A stretch of 64,000 bases of DNA. It comes from Hemiscyllium ocellatum (taxonomy: Eukaryota). Below, piece by piece: positions 11,646-24,894 of the stretch; within the stretch, counting starts at the first letter, position 1, and every line of letters begins with the position of its first letter. The notes under the pieces were generated by a model. That model did no database searches. It was not told the origin of the DNA and was given only the letters and a program-made list of their open reading frames with translations. A program made the position numbers and the translations under genes. The DNA lies in assembly GCF_020745735.1 (NCBI RefSeq), contig NC_083407.1, positions 24,419,857-24,483,856 on the forward strand, read 5' to 3'.

Positions 11646-13201
11646 GTAAGTGCCACAAAGAAATATGGAAGCTTTGTTTTGGACCCCATTGTCTTCACCA
11701 GCCAAGTAGACTGAGCTACTTGCTTGGTTCCCAGATTTTTTAAAAGCATCCACATTACCAGCGTCAATAAATCCTGGTTTCAATGTAGGTTGATAACAAT
11801 ATGACAGTCAAATAGAACTCTTTCAGAATTTTCTAAATCAAAGTTATCTTCCAAAAAGTTTTGTGTTAATACAGAACCCATCAATCAAAATAACATATTA
11901 ACACCTGAGGAAGTCATGAATTAAATGTTACTTTAAGATGTAAACACTTAGCATGTAAAACTTATCGGGTAGGTTTTAACTAACAACAGGCATGTGACAT
12001 GTACAGTCCTAGGAGGCTTCCAGTCTAGAGAAATGAAGAGTTACAGATTTAGTTCCAATTCAGAAGGAAATTGAAATTCACATGCTTTGGAATTCTGCTC
12101 AATTGTCTTTAAAAAAGGATATATTTTTCTTTGCAGGAGGAATATCTATTTTGTCTTGGAAATATTATTGAGAATTTAATTAGGAACTGTATTGTAATTA
12201 GGATTATTAGAAACTATTCAAACCAGCCATTCATTTTTCATAAAATTTATAGTGAAAGACAGCAATTTAGCTCAAGAAATCCATATCAGCACATATGTTT
12301 ACACAAGATTCCCCTCAACCTACTCCATATTGCCCTATCCACACAGCATTCCATTTTTTTCTTCTTCATATAATTCACCAGTTTTACCTTTAAATGCATC
12401 AGTGATATTCAGTTCATGATATTTTATTTAAGGCACAATTTTGGTTTTCCCACATCATGCAAATCCCAATCCCTAACCTGCATTAATACTGAAAATCATC
12501 CAACATCTTTTTTTTGTTTTTGCAAACTACATTCAGTTAAAATTGACTGATTTCTATTTCATCTGTATGTCTTGGCACATCATGAACCAATGAAACATGT
12601 TGCTGACTCACTTTTGACGGAGAAGTACGATGAGTTTGTTTTCCTCACTTTCCCATTAAAAAGATGTCACTCTTAGGAATTATGTAAATCACACCATCAG
12701 CTTAGAATCAGAGTGGAGAGTGCAATAGCTCTCAAGATTTACATTTCTAGTTTCGGACTAAATTGCTTGTTCTTGTTGATGGCCTAATGAATGTGTTTTT
12801 AAAAAGTATGCTGCAATGCCAGACTTTAGCTAGCAAATCAGTAGGGAACACCACAATTGCTATTCAAAACATTCTTGCTGATCAGAATCAAGTTCCAGCT
12901 TAACCAAGAACCTATCGTCCTGCTTTCTTACTTGTACTCAGCAAGATATCCAATAGTTGTCACCCTGTGATAATAATACCAAAACATTTTTATTAATTAA
13001 CTCAAATGTTTCACCTAAAGTAAAACAAAACAAAAAAAAGAGTTAAATAATAGAACAAAGGAGATAATGATGTTTTCCATTCTTTCATTGCTCTGATTCA
13101 TTCCCCTTCTCCAGAAGACATGTTAATTATATATTTACCTGTACCAAGATTGATTTGTATCATTCTTTGTCTAATACTTGATTGTGTTTCCCTCTTTTTA
13201 G

Positions 13202-13309
13202 AAATTGTACAAAGGTGGTTGGGAAAAGCTGAAAGCAACTGGTTACAAAATGCCAGTTGATGCTGTGTCAATCTGCCATGCCAAAGCATCACAAGACAAA
13301 CAGAGTGAG
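13202..13309 (+). CDS. NEB: NEB exon 9 (108 nt)
   Basis: ttttag|KLYKGGWEKLKATGYKMPVDAVSICHAKASQDKQSE|gtgggt. Confidence 0.95.
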
Positions 13310-13685
13310 GTGGGTCCTGTTCAGAACAATGTCACTAACAGTTAATTGCCTGACTACAGAGGTATTTCAGCGACTATTTGTATAATAACCGTTTAAGTGT
13401 AACACTGAGACAGTCAACATATTCCACCATGGAATGATAATTTCCGAACAAGGTTACAATGTTGCTCAGATCATTGACAGACCTAGTCAATAAAATTGAA
13501 TTTGTTTGTTAGTGGAATTCCCACGCTGGGAATCTGTGTCGCTAAGTGAATATTAGCTAAAGATAGATAAAACCAGCTTTATGAATGAAAACACTTTCCA
13601 TTCATGCAGGTTGACTTCAATATCCCTTGTTTACTGCTAATCATTCTGTAACTAACTGGTTGTACCTTATTTTTTTGTATTACAG

Positions 13686-13997
13686 CTTAAGTATAAAGCT
13701 GATTATGTCAAGCAACGTGGCCATCTTATAGGATGCCATGACCTTCAGGATGACCCCAAAATGGTTTGGTGTATGCATGTGGGTAAGATGCTGAGTAACA
13801 AGGAGTACAGGAAGGAATTTGAAAAAACTAAGGCAAATATAAACGTGCCAGTTGACATGTTGGACATCGTGATGTCTAAGATATGTCAAGGACGGGTCAG
13901 TGAGATTGACTACAGACATTACCTACATGAATGGACCTGTCTGCCAGACCAGAATGATGTGATCCAAGCAAAGAAGGCTTATGATTTGCAGAGTGAT
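13686..13997 (+). CDS. NEB: NEB exon 10 (312 nt, three repeats)
   Basis: ttacag|LKYKADYVKQRGHLIG...[10 protein letters not shown]|gtgagt. Confidence 0.96.
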
Positions 13998-14084
13998 GTG
14001 AGTATTAGCTTATTTCTATTTAGTCTTTTACCCTACCAATTTTAATGATTCATCCTGCACACTAGCATCCTTCTGGTCCCTTGT

Positions 14085-14350
14085 CCATTTGGCCCTCCCC
14101 CACAATATCCCAGACCCAAGCCTCCAATTCGTTGCCGTCCATCACTGCCTCCTCTGACCTATCACCTTCTCCCTCACCTATCGCTTTACCAGCTACCTCC
14201 CCCCAAATCCACTACCCTCCAATTTATCTCTCAACCCCAACCCACAAACCTCATTCCTGATGAAGGGTTTATGCCCAAAATGTCAATACTGCTGCTCCTC
14301 CGATGCTGCCTGTCCTGCTGTGTTTTTCCCACACCACAGTCTTGACCCTG
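14085..14350 (+). mobile_element. PLE 3' UTR remnant with decayed hammerhead
   Basis: C-rich UTR matching 41385-41600 (rc), then cctgatgaagggtttatgcccaaaatgtc. Confidence 0.75.
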
Positions 14351-14607
14351 AACATAGGTAGCCTCTGTTAACCCTGCGCGTTTGCGAAGCGTGTTTTTTT
14401 GGGAGTGGTGCAGCAAATATTGACCCACTCTGATATATTAACATCATCTTGTCACCATCAGTTATTGTGTGATTCATCTAAAGGACCATACAGAGAACAT
14501 ACTGAATAAAATTAAGGAAGATTCAAAGCCAAGGTGTATCTCACTTCATTTTTTTTGCCATTTTGAACTTTTGCCATTGTTTTCATATGCTATTCTTTTG
14601 CTTTTAG

Positions 14608-14712
14608 TTTCTGTACAAGTCAGACCTTGAATGGGTACGTGGTTGTGGTTGGATTCCCTTGGATTCAGTTGAACATAAAAAGGTGAAAAATGCACAGGCG
14701 ATGTTAAATGAA
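14608..14712 (+). CDS. NEB: NEB exon 11 (105 nt, super-repeat start)
   Basis: ttttag|[35 protein letters not shown]|gtgagt. Confidence 0.96.
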
Positions 14713-14818
14713 GTGAGTGAAGATTTTTCCTATTGGTGGCCCACTGTTCTTTCAGAGATTTTCACTCTACATTGACATAAAACATTTGAATGCATTCTAC
14801 TTCTTTGTTCATTTTCAG

Positions 14819-14923
14819 AAAGCATATAAAGAAAATGCTGTTGCTAATTTTGCCAAGTTTACACCAATTACTGACCCGCCAGAGGTGGTACAGGCCAAGA
14901 TAAATACAAACAACTTGAGTGAT
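14819..14923 (+). CDS. NEB: NEB exon 12 (105 nt)
   Basis: tttcag|KAYKENAVANFAKFTPITDPPEVVQAKINTNNLSD|gtaagt. Confidence 0.96.
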
Positions 14924-15454
14924 GTAAGTGTCCTTCAGTGTTTTGTAATGAATACTTAAAACACTTTGCACTGTTCTTCCAAACAGTAATTTCAATGTTG
15001 CAATAGCAGTAATGTCAACATGTTTTATCGTTTGATACAGGCTTATGTATCCAGTTTGTCTTTGACTGACTGTCACCTTTATATTTTAACATAGTTGTAC
15101 TGAAAGTCAAATTCATGACTAAATACAATAATTTCATGATGAAAATTAAAAAAATTGTGAGTCCTTTGTTCACTGATTTTATTAAGTAAATAGCTTAAGC
15201 TGATCTTATTCAAGCAATGTGGCTAGTTCTTTAGGAGGAAATCAGGATATACTTTTTCACTCTGGAAGCAAATTAATTGTCAAATTCTCTCTGGCTGCAA
15301 TTGCCAGAAGACTGCAAGGCAAATGATGAGGTTACCATTCTTGTTCAAGAATGATGGCAGTGGTCAACCAGGGACAATAACATCAGTGATAGGGAAACTC
15401 TCCATTTGGAGAGACAAGGATTTTGCAAGGATAGTCAGCATTGGTTTGTCAGAA

Positions 15455-15491
15455 GAAGCATTTCAGGGGACGTCTCTGGGGCGCACGCGCG

Positions 15492-15561
<70 letters not shown>

Positions 15562-16070
15562 AAACAACCCCATTGTCCTGTGACGGACCACTGCAACTCC
15601 CCCTTCCACTCTCTCAAGAATATGCAAGCCCTGGGCTCCCTCCACCACCAAATCCAAGCCATCCTATGACTGGAGGAAGAACACCTCACCTTCTATCTTT
15701 GGACTTTTTAATCACACGTCATCAACATCGACTTCACTAATTTCCGAATCTCCCCTCCCCCCACCTCCTCCTAGATTCAGCCCTTTAACTAAACACCACT
15801 CTGTTGCCTTGTCTTACCTGTCCATCTTCCTTCCCATCAATTCGCCCCATCTCGACTGACCTATCACAATCACTTCCCACCTGCATCTACCTATTGCCTT
15901 CCCAGCTACCTTCCCCCAGACCCACCCCCACCCTCCTATTTATCTCTCAGCAACCCCCCACCCACCCCAACATATCTGGATGAAGGGCTTGTACCTGAAA
16001 CATCGACTTCCCTACTCCTTGGATGCTGCCCGACTTACTGTGCCTTTCCAGCGCCACACTTTTCGACTCA
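15455..16070 (+). mobile_element. PLE GIY-YIG C-terminal remnant, 3' UTR and decayed hammerhead
   Basis: HFRGRLW...DHCNSPFHSLKNMQALGSLHHQ, homologous to the 41379-41972 ORF. Confidence 0.8.
15495..15560. repeat. (AC)n microsatellite, ~33 units
   Basis: Uninterrupted AC run. Confidence 0.98.
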
Positions 16071-16079
16071 GAAGAAGAT

Positions 16080-17320
16080 AATTTCTGACGATTTGATTGC
16101 AGTTTGTGCAGATGAGGGTAATGTTGTTTATATAATCTGCCTGGACTTCAGTAAAGCTTTTGACAAGTGTTGGATGGGAAGCTGATCAAGAAGGTAAAAG
16201 TCCACAGGTTCCAAGGCAATTGGCAAGTTGACTCCAAAGTTGGCAGGATACAGAGGATACTGGTCTAAAGTGTGTTTGGAAAACTGTGTCTAGTGGCATA
16301 TCACCGAGTTCGGTGCAGGATCCATTCCCGTTTGTAATGAACGTTAATGACCTGGACATGAATGTAGGAGGTTTAGCAAGCAAGTTTACTCAGAACACAA
16401 AATTTGACAGTGTAGGAAATAGCGAGGAGAAAAGCCTTAAACAGTAGGAGGAAGTCAATGGTTGGTCAGATGGGCAGACAGAGTTCATTCCTGAAAGCTG
16501 TAAGTTGTAGGGCAATGGGCCATTTACAGAAAGCTGGGATACAAAAGGGCATCAGCATGCACCAGATGGGCCAAATGGTCCCCTTCTATGCTGTATCATT
16601 TCTATAGTTCTATGGTTCTGAGGTGTGAAGTGATGCATTTTGGGAAGACTAACAAAGCAAGAAAATACAGAATGAATGATAGGACCCTGGGGAGTATAGA
16701 GGATCAAGGGGACCTTGGTATTTATATCTATAAATCCTTGTAGGCAACATGGCAGATGGATAGGTGATATAAGAAGGCTTATGTGAATCTAGCCTATATT
16801 AGTTGAGGCACTTATTAGTTGAGACAGTGAATACAGGAGCATCAAGGTTGTGATGAAAATATATAAGTTACTGTATGAAGACTGGAAAACTGTATGTGGT
16901 TCTAGTCACCACACTATTGGAAAAATGTGATTGCATAGGAGGGAGTGCATAGGAGATTCACCAGGATGTTTCCAGGGCTGGAACATTTCACAAGTTACTG
17001 TGAAGAGAGACCAGATAGGCTGGGGTTGTTTTCCTTGGAGCAGGGAAGATTGATGGGTGACTGAAGGTCTGCAAAATTATTGGTAAGGAGCAGATGATTA
17101 GAGCTGACTTAAGATCAGAAGGTGGTGCATATCGGGCATTCACAGCATGAAACAGTGGTTGAGGTGGGAAGCACCACAATATTTAAGAAGTAATTTGAAT
17201 ACTTGAAATGCCATAGAGTACAAAGCTGTGAGCCAAGTGCTGGGAAATGGAATGGGTGCTTGATGCCTGGAGCAGACTCAGTGGTCCTTTCTGTGCTATA
17301 ATACGCTATGACTCTGATTG
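16080..17320 (+). mobile_element. Old degenerate CR1-clade LINE
   Basis: LDFSKAFDK-like and KCEVMHFG-like segments with many stops and frameshifts. Confidence 0.75.
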
Positions 17321-17963
17321 TAAGATTATATAATCTTCTCTACATATGCAACAATTAGCTATGTCAAGATAAAGATAGAGATTTTAATTTTGTAAGGTTA
17401 TCAGGAGATATGGTGAAAAGATGTGAAAATGGACTTTGACGTAACAGTCAGCCATGATTGAATGGAGGAGCAAATTCCATTGACTGAATAGCTTAGTTAT
17501 AGTCATCGGATTCTATTAAACCTTATTGTCAAATAATATAGTAACAAATTATTGTGGCTCTGGAAATATGAAATAAAAATAAAGATCTGGAAATGTCTCA
17601 GCAGGCCTGGTAGCATCTGTAATAACGGAAACAGAATTAACATTTTGAGTCAAGTAACAAATTTGATTAGTCAATTTTGGCTTGTAAAGCTTTTGACATT
17701 CTCAAGCTGAGTAGAAGTCTTGACTGTGTTGAGAATCACCTGCAGGTTATTGTTGATATCTATTAACTACAAGAATGGTACCAGTAACAGGTGAGTGAAT
17801 GAGTGATATTGGTTACATCCTGAGCCCCAGTTTAGGTTTTTTGCCGTGACAATTTTATCACAGGATGTCAAATTCCTCACATCTGTCTCAATGTTCATTG
17901 AATGCTGAAGCCATTGCTACAATGATTTGATTTTAATAAGGTTGCTGATGTTGTTTTTATCAG

Positions 17964-18068
17964 TTGAAGTACAAAGAGACATTTAACCTGGAAAAGGGCA
18001 AGTATATTGGTGCCGCTGACTATCCCCATTTGGCTCATTCAAGGGAAATGGCAAAGCATGTTAGTCAG
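17964..18068 (+). CDS. NEB: NEB exon 13 (105 nt)
   Basis: tatcag|LKYKETFNLEKGKYIGAADYPHLAHSREMAKHVSQ|gtgagt. Confidence 0.95.
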
Positions 18069-19189
18069 GTGAGTGTTGATATGTTTTGTGCTGAAAATGT
18101 AACTTAATAATTGAAAATCATGTTGTACAATTTTACACATTCAGATTTATTTCAGTTCCAATTGTAGATCAAGTTTGAAAGAATAATGTAAAGTTTATGA
18201 AAACGCATCATTACAGAACTGTTTATACAATTTTTACAGAATTTATTAAGTTTGTCATAACCATTGCTTCTTGACAATAAATGGCATTACCAATACTTAA
18301 TCGCTCACAATCTACATCTTGGGGGTTATCATTGACTATGAACTGTTCTGGACTAGCCATATAAATACTGTGGCTACAAGAGCGGGTCAAAAGATAAGAA
18401 TCAAGCAGTGACTAACTCAAATCCTTACCCGTCAGAACCTACCTGCTGTCTGCAAAGCACCTTCAGAAATGTAATCGAATGCCTCTACCTGCCTGGATTA
18501 GTGTAGCTCCAACAATGCTCTAGAAGCTTGACACCATCCTGGAAAAGCAACCCATTTGATTACAACCATACCTGAACATTCATTCCATCACCACTGGCAC
18601 ACTGTAGCAATAATGTGTACTATCTATACACTGCAGAAATTCATTAAGGCTCCTTGAGTGCATGTTCTAAACTCACAATCATTATCCAGGGCAGCAGATA
18701 CATGGGAACAACCAGCTGCAAGTTCCTCTGGACAACTCTGCTTCTTGACTTGGAAATATATAACTGTTCCTTCAGTTTCGCTCCCTCCCTAATGGCTTTT
18801 TGAGTCCACCTATGCCTATTAGTTCAAAAAGGAAGCTTACCATCATTTTCTCAAGGGCAACCAGGAATGGACCAAAATGTTGGCCACATCCTGTGAGTTA
18901 AGTCATAAGCCAATGTCCTTTCTTTCGACTTGGGCACTATGACATTTTCCCTATAGAAACCACTTAACAACTGACAACAATCAAACTAAATCACCTGCTT
19001 GATTATGTCAAAATAACAATTATCAAAAATCTTAAAGTTGCTGTTTTTAATTTTTTTTACACTGTATAATTAATGCTATCATGTAATGAACCTCATTTAT
19101 TGGAAGATGCCATGCAGACTGACTCAGTTATCCGGTTGTACTGTTTTTGACTTTATCTTTTTATATTATAATACATTTATATTCTGCAG

Positions 19190-19297
19190 AACGTTTATAA
19201 AAATGACTGGGATAGCCATAAAGCCTTAGGATACACCTTGCCTCCGGACTATCTGCCTCTGGTTGTTGCTAAGCATGCTGATAACGTAAGCAGCAAT
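19190..19297 (+). CDS. NEB: NEB exon 14 (108 nt)
   Basis: ctgcag|NVYKNDWDSHKALGYTLPPDYLPLVVAKHADNVSSN|gtaagt. Confidence 0.94.
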
Positions 19298-19396
19298 GTA
19301 AGTAGAGTCTAATTCTCAATTACTTGGTAAATTTTTGTTATTGTGGCATTCATTTATTTGGTATGCTTACTAACAAAAATAAATTTGGTTTCCCAG

Positions 19397-19510
19397 TTGA
19401 AGTACAAGGAACTGTATGAAAAACTCAGGGGACATTATTTGGCTGGAGGAGATATTAAGGACTTCCCTGGTATAATCCATGCCATGGCCATGGATAAATT
19501 GAGGAACATG
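19397..19510 (+). CDS. NEB: NEB exon 15 (114 nt)
   Basis: tcccag|LKYKELYEKLRGHYLAGGDIKDFPGIIHAMAMDKLRNM|gtatgt. Confidence 0.95.
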
Positions 19511-20887
19511 GTATGTACCATTTGAACATTGTAAACCTGTTAGATAAACACAAGTATTACCATTTAGTAATATTATGTCATCTAGTGTGTCATTATTGCA
19601 AAACACAAATGCATACCTTCCTTGCAAGCTTTGCTACTGCAACACTCCTGATGTTTGCCCAGACAGCATAACAGGGGACATGATCTCCAGCCTGGTGAAT
19701 GGTGTTAGGAAAGGGAGTCAAGACGAGACATAATGATTTTTCTGGAGATCAGCAATCATTGTCATTCCACTCAAACATTTCCCCAACTTGAAGTTTCCCT
19801 GCATTTTTTCCGGAACCCTTGACTCTGACTTTACCAGAAATGTAGACAATAGCATCCATCTGAAAGTGAAGCAGAGCAGAATATAGGGAAAGACAGACAC
19901 TCGTTTCTTTTTGACACTAGAGTCCCCATGGTAACTTTAGAGGTTTTGTTTAAACATTATTGAGTGTATAAATGGGTGGGAACAAGCTTTGAGTTAGATG
20001 GGTAGTGGGATTAGATGAGTGAGACTGCTTGCCAAGCCAATTCTGCTCACATAGCATGAATAATATTTTTTTAAAAATAGTGCTTAAGGTGACAATAGGT
20101 AGGATGGCACGTGGATAATGTGGTATGTGGGTAGAAGTGCACATGAATAAGATGGTAGTGAGGTAGGCCATGAAGTGGAAAAGGTAGCAAGTGGATTAAA
20201 GTGGTAGATGTGTGTGGTGGCAGGTGAGTGCAAACGTGTCTGAAGGCATTAAAACTGAGAGAGCCTTAAGTACCACACACTATGATGATATCATTAGGGC
20301 ATGGTGGAAGAACAAATTTGGACCTGAAAGGACTAAAATCCAATAACAGGTCCTCCTCATAATTTCTGGAGCCATATCTAACTTTATGAACACTTACTGA
20401 CATGCAATAGTGTTCTCATAGTTATCCTGAACCACATCTTGCTAAGTTTTGAATTTCAATTACAGTGGTGAAGGGAGCCAACGGGCTGGGAATGGCTGTT
20501 TAGAAAGAACTTTGAGAAATACAAGCACTTTCAAATAGAAAGTTTTCATTGGGCCTTGCCTCCAGCCTTGTATGCGTTGTATCAGCTGCAGACTTGGAAA
20601 GTGATCTGCTTGTAAGCTTATGATCCCTCCTTCTTGGTAGGTATTGTGTATAGTCTGGATTGAATACTCAGGAGAATAACTTGACCAAAATATCATCACA
20701 TTGTGCAGAAATGAATGAAATCCTACATTACAAGTATCCTCCATAACGTTTTCATAGAATCTGCACAATATGAATTGAGTTGAGATCTTCACATATTATC
20801 AAGCTAAGTGAGTAGATTGTATAACAGTTGGAAGAGATGCACATCCAAGTAATATCTTGTATATTTAGAACTTGTCTTTTCACTTAA

Positions 20888-21235
20888 GGTGGCACAGTGG
20901 CTCAGTGGTTAGCACTGCTGCCTCACAGTACCAGGGATCCAGGTTTGATACCAGCCTTGGGTAACTGTTTGTGTAGAGTTTCCAAATTCTCCCTCCATCT
21001 GCGTGGGTTTTCTCCAGGCGCTGCAGTTTCCTCCCACAGTACAAAGGTTTGCAGGTCAGGTGGGTTGGCCATGGTAAATTTCCCTATCGTATCCAGGATG
21101 TGCAGTCTAGTAAGGTTAGCCATAGTATATGTGGGGTTACAGGGAAAGCATGTGGGGCAGTGTGGGTCCGGGTGGGAGGGTTGTTGAAAACTCAACAGGT
21201 TGAGTGGCCTTTCTTGCACTGTAGAGATTCTATGA
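20888..21235 (+). mobile_element. tRNA-derived SINE (HE1/V-SINE-like)
   Basis: ggtggcacagtggctcagtggttagcactgctgcctcacag head; gattctatga tail. Confidence 0.88.
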
Positions 21236-21927
21236 CCTGCATATGACTTTATTTTAATGACAAAGTGACTGGAATAGGCTAAATGTAGTTCCATTTATAA
21301 AGCACAGGCACAATGAGAACAACTTCTGAGCAACAAAAAGCACAAACAGTGACTATAGGCTGCATAGTCCTTTCATTGCAACTTTGCTTGATACACTAGT
21401 TTTCGGAGCGCTGCTTCTTCATCAGGTAGCTGTGGAACAGGACCATAAGACATAGAATTGTTGGAATTTAACTTGGTGTTGTGTGATTTTTAACTTCGTC
21501 CACCCCAGTCCAACACCAGCTCCTCCACATCTTGATCTACAAAGACCAAGAAAGCCCCACACACTTTACAGTTGGAATCATGCAGGTCATCTCCGTACCT
21601 CTGGGTAGAGTTGAAACCAAAAAGCTCAACTCAGTAACTTTAGTTAAAGTTGGGGTGATACAGTTAGGATTAATCCATTCTGGTTCGGATGAGGAAATGC
21701 AACCAAGATGCTTGTTGTTGATTCTTATTCAACTAACCCAACTTCAAGTATGCACAAGCAGACATTAGAATTTCATTTCAACACACTCTGTGAACCAAGA
21801 GTTTGTTCAACATTTTGTAAATTGTCACTTCAGATTCTATTTCAGGAGAGGTGCTTGTGATTACTTTTGGTATTTAACCTCATATTACATTTCCTGTACT
21901 TTACATAGTTATTGTTTACTTTTTTAG

Positions 21928-22125
21928 CTGGATTATAGGAGGAGTTATGAAGATACTAAGGCTGCAGTTCACATCCCCAATGACATGATTAGCAACATTG
22001 TGGCAAAGAGATGCCAACATATTCTCAGCGACCTTGAATACCGCACCTATCTTCATCATTGGACCTGCCTGCCTGACGAGCATGATGTAATTCATGCTAA
22101 GAGAGCACAAGAGATCTTAAGCGAT
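21928..22125 (+). CDS. NEB: NEB exon 16 (198 nt, two repeats)
   Basis: ttttag|LDYRRSYEDTKAAVHIPND...HHWTCLPDEHDVIHAKRAQEILSD|gtacgt. Confidence 0.95.
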
Positions 22126-23091
22126 GTACGTAACAATTTAATATATTCATGGGTCTTAACCATAAATGGTGTAGCACTCGGGAGAGACGTGATTTATTAG
22201 GTACCCATGGACAGTCTGTGCTGGAGACTGTAATGTAATGGGAATTAATACGTTGACAAGTGATTGAAACTCTAATGGAGCAGGAGAGAAATATTAAATG
22301 AGAAAGCTTCATTCAGTGTATATTCTAGTGCAAATAAAGAGTTTACAGGATTTACTGAGAATGAAGGAGAGGTACTCTGAGTTAAGGATAAGGTAAAAAT
22401 GCAGCCAACGCAGCAATCTAACTAGATACAGCAGCTTTCACTGTCCAGTGCAAAGACCCAACGACCAAGAGAAGTCATATAAATGGAATCCATGAAGGGG
22501 TAAACATGCAGGGTTTAGTCAATAGGAGGAGCACAGTTCATGAGTATATATCCACTAACTACAAACTACATCCTATAAGGAGATTAGACTGATCAAAGTA
22601 ATTTTATATTTGGCTTTGACCAATATGGATTATAGAGCTGCAAGAAATAATTCCATAGTCTCTCAATCATGGTAGAATTTAGTCAGTACTTGTCATGTTG
22701 GTGAAGTGAGTGGAGCAACCATGGAAATGGCAAACAAGCTGGTTTTGCCAGCTTGGAAGCTTTGCCTTTGTAGCTTTCATCGGTCTGCTGTTTAAAGTTG
22801 GGCCTTCCTATTAAAATAATGAAACAGTTTAAACAGTTAATCAATATATTTCTTACATAAAATGAAAATGCCTATGAGGTTGCTTTGTTCCTATCATTCA
22901 TCTTCATCTCCATGTAACAGAGAACACTTGCTACAGTTTGATCTTGGTGTTTGTAGAACAGAAATTTTCAGAGGAATTTAACTTTCTTGGAAGTTCTCTT
23001 TGCTGATCTGTGATTTCTCGAATGACTGATTTCAAAATAGCTGACAGAAGGAGATGTCAACATTTGCTAACTTTGGTTTTCAATGTTGCAG

Positions 23092-23196
23092 TTTGTGTAC
23101 AAGGATGACCTGAACTGGCTGAAGGGCATGGGCTGTTATGCCTGGGACACTCCAGAAATTCTACTAGCCAAACATTCCTATGACCTGCAGAGTGAA
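23092..23196 (+). CDS. NEB: NEB exon 17 (105 nt, super-repeat start)
   Basis: ttgcag|[35 protein letters not shown]|gtaaga. Confidence 0.96.
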
Positions 23197-24894
23197 GTAA
23201 GATATTCTTAGCTGTGTTCTTTTAAGTTTGATGAAGTAAACCTGTGGAACCTGGAATCAAGTTCAGTTCACCAAGATATATATAAAAAATAATGAATGCC
23301 AAGTTAGTCTGTGCTATCACTTTGCATGTTATTAAAACACTTCAGATAAAATTTTGCAACATCTTATTGCTGTTAGTTTTTTGCATTGGGTTTTGGGACT
23401 TGAAAGAATCCATTAGGCCATACATTAGAACTTACTTACATAAAAATTTGTAAAATATGTTAAATATTGCGAAAGAAGGATAGGAACTCAATTTTGTTTT
23501 TGTTTTATATTCATCAGGATTGAGATTAGACTGTGGCTCTCATTGTTGATGTAATCGAGCCTGTTGACTCTCAAACTGAGTTAACTGATTAACCTTAGAT
23601 CAGGCAGGTCAACTGTCACTGCTCAGGCCATTGCCATAGGATATGCAGCACTGACTGACAGTCCCCATAACCCTTTGCCACTGAAAAAGGGTGACCAAAC
23701 TAATTAAAGCCCCATTCCCATGCTGTATAAATTGATGTTCCCTTTCAAAGTTTGGTTTCTTGCATCCCAGCCCTGATGAATGCAAAACTTAAATCTTTGA
23801 TTTTATATCTCTTTTTAGTAATATTTAAGTTCTGTACTACTAAGCAATTATTTATAAAAGATCACATTGTTTCACGTGGTAAAACAGTTTGTTGAATCCA
23901 TACTTTGGTGACTAGTGGGAAGATAGGTCAGTGTACAAAAATACAGTGCCATTAAATTCAAGCTCTACTCAGTGATTTTTTCAAATGCTGAGTTTCTAAT
24001 CTCAACCAAGGCTATCACAAGAAAGTGCTCAGTGGAACCAAAAGGGAAATGTCAGGAAAAATAGCAGCAAGTCTTTGAAGCTTTGTGCTACCTTGCTATA
24101 GGATAGTGCATGTAGAAGACTGGAAGCAGCTACTTTTCTTTCCAATAAATTGCAGTTATATATAGCTTGTAGATTAACATGACAAGAAATGAGCATTAGC
24201 AAAGCACAACACAACATTATCATGAAAAATAACTAAAAAGCATTTTAAAAAGTTAAATATGATGCAATGCTGCAAATTAGTGATATTTGCAGTGTACAGT
24301 TAGACCAACGATCCTCAGTTTAACAAAATATGACTACTGGAAGCTGAATGGAATCTTGTGCTCAGCTTATAGACAGTATGGCCACGTAACCAGGTGCTCT
24401 TGTTGTATCCCTGAATTCCTATGCCTTCTACCCGCTCTCCACTGTAATTAGGCTTGGAGCTACAGACATGCTTGATCTGGAGGCCCTTCAAAGGCCAATT
24501 AAGTGCCAGGAAAGGGCACCACCCCACAGCAGCTTGAATTGACCAAGGTGTAGGCAGTTCTGTAACAATGTAGTGTGAATGACAGGTAAACTTGGTTAAG
24601 TAAACCTGTCAGCTCTTTGGAGGGGGGGTGGGGGGGTGGGAGGTGGGGGAGGAGGAGACAGGAGTCCCTTAATCACAGGCAATTGGAGAGCCAACAGGGA
24701 GTCCACTGAACGCTACCCTTCCTCTCACTTTTGATCACCATTCCCGTCCCATTCCTCGATTCAGAAAGCTCCCAACCACATGTTCTCAACCAAGCACCCC
24801 CACCCTCCCACCATCCCAGGCCAACGAGTAATTTACTTATTTTTCAACTCGGTCCTTGAAGTTGAAAGTGATGTACAAAGAAAGCAAAAGTCAT

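Noticed and set aside
15323-15740. Poly-(TH)/(CV) ORFs
   Set aside because: Translation artefacts of the (AC)n microsatellite
20466-20613. Intronic stretch translating as EWLFRKNFEKYKHF..., superficially nebulin-like, after an acag acceptor
   Set aside because: Phase-0 reading from the AG starts TGG-TGA; no repeat consensus beyond a few residues; the super-repeat already has seven modules
24622-24649. Sense-strand G-quadruplex-capable G-run
   Set aside because: Mid-intron, far from splice sites, within low-complexity or old repeat sequence; no evidence of function
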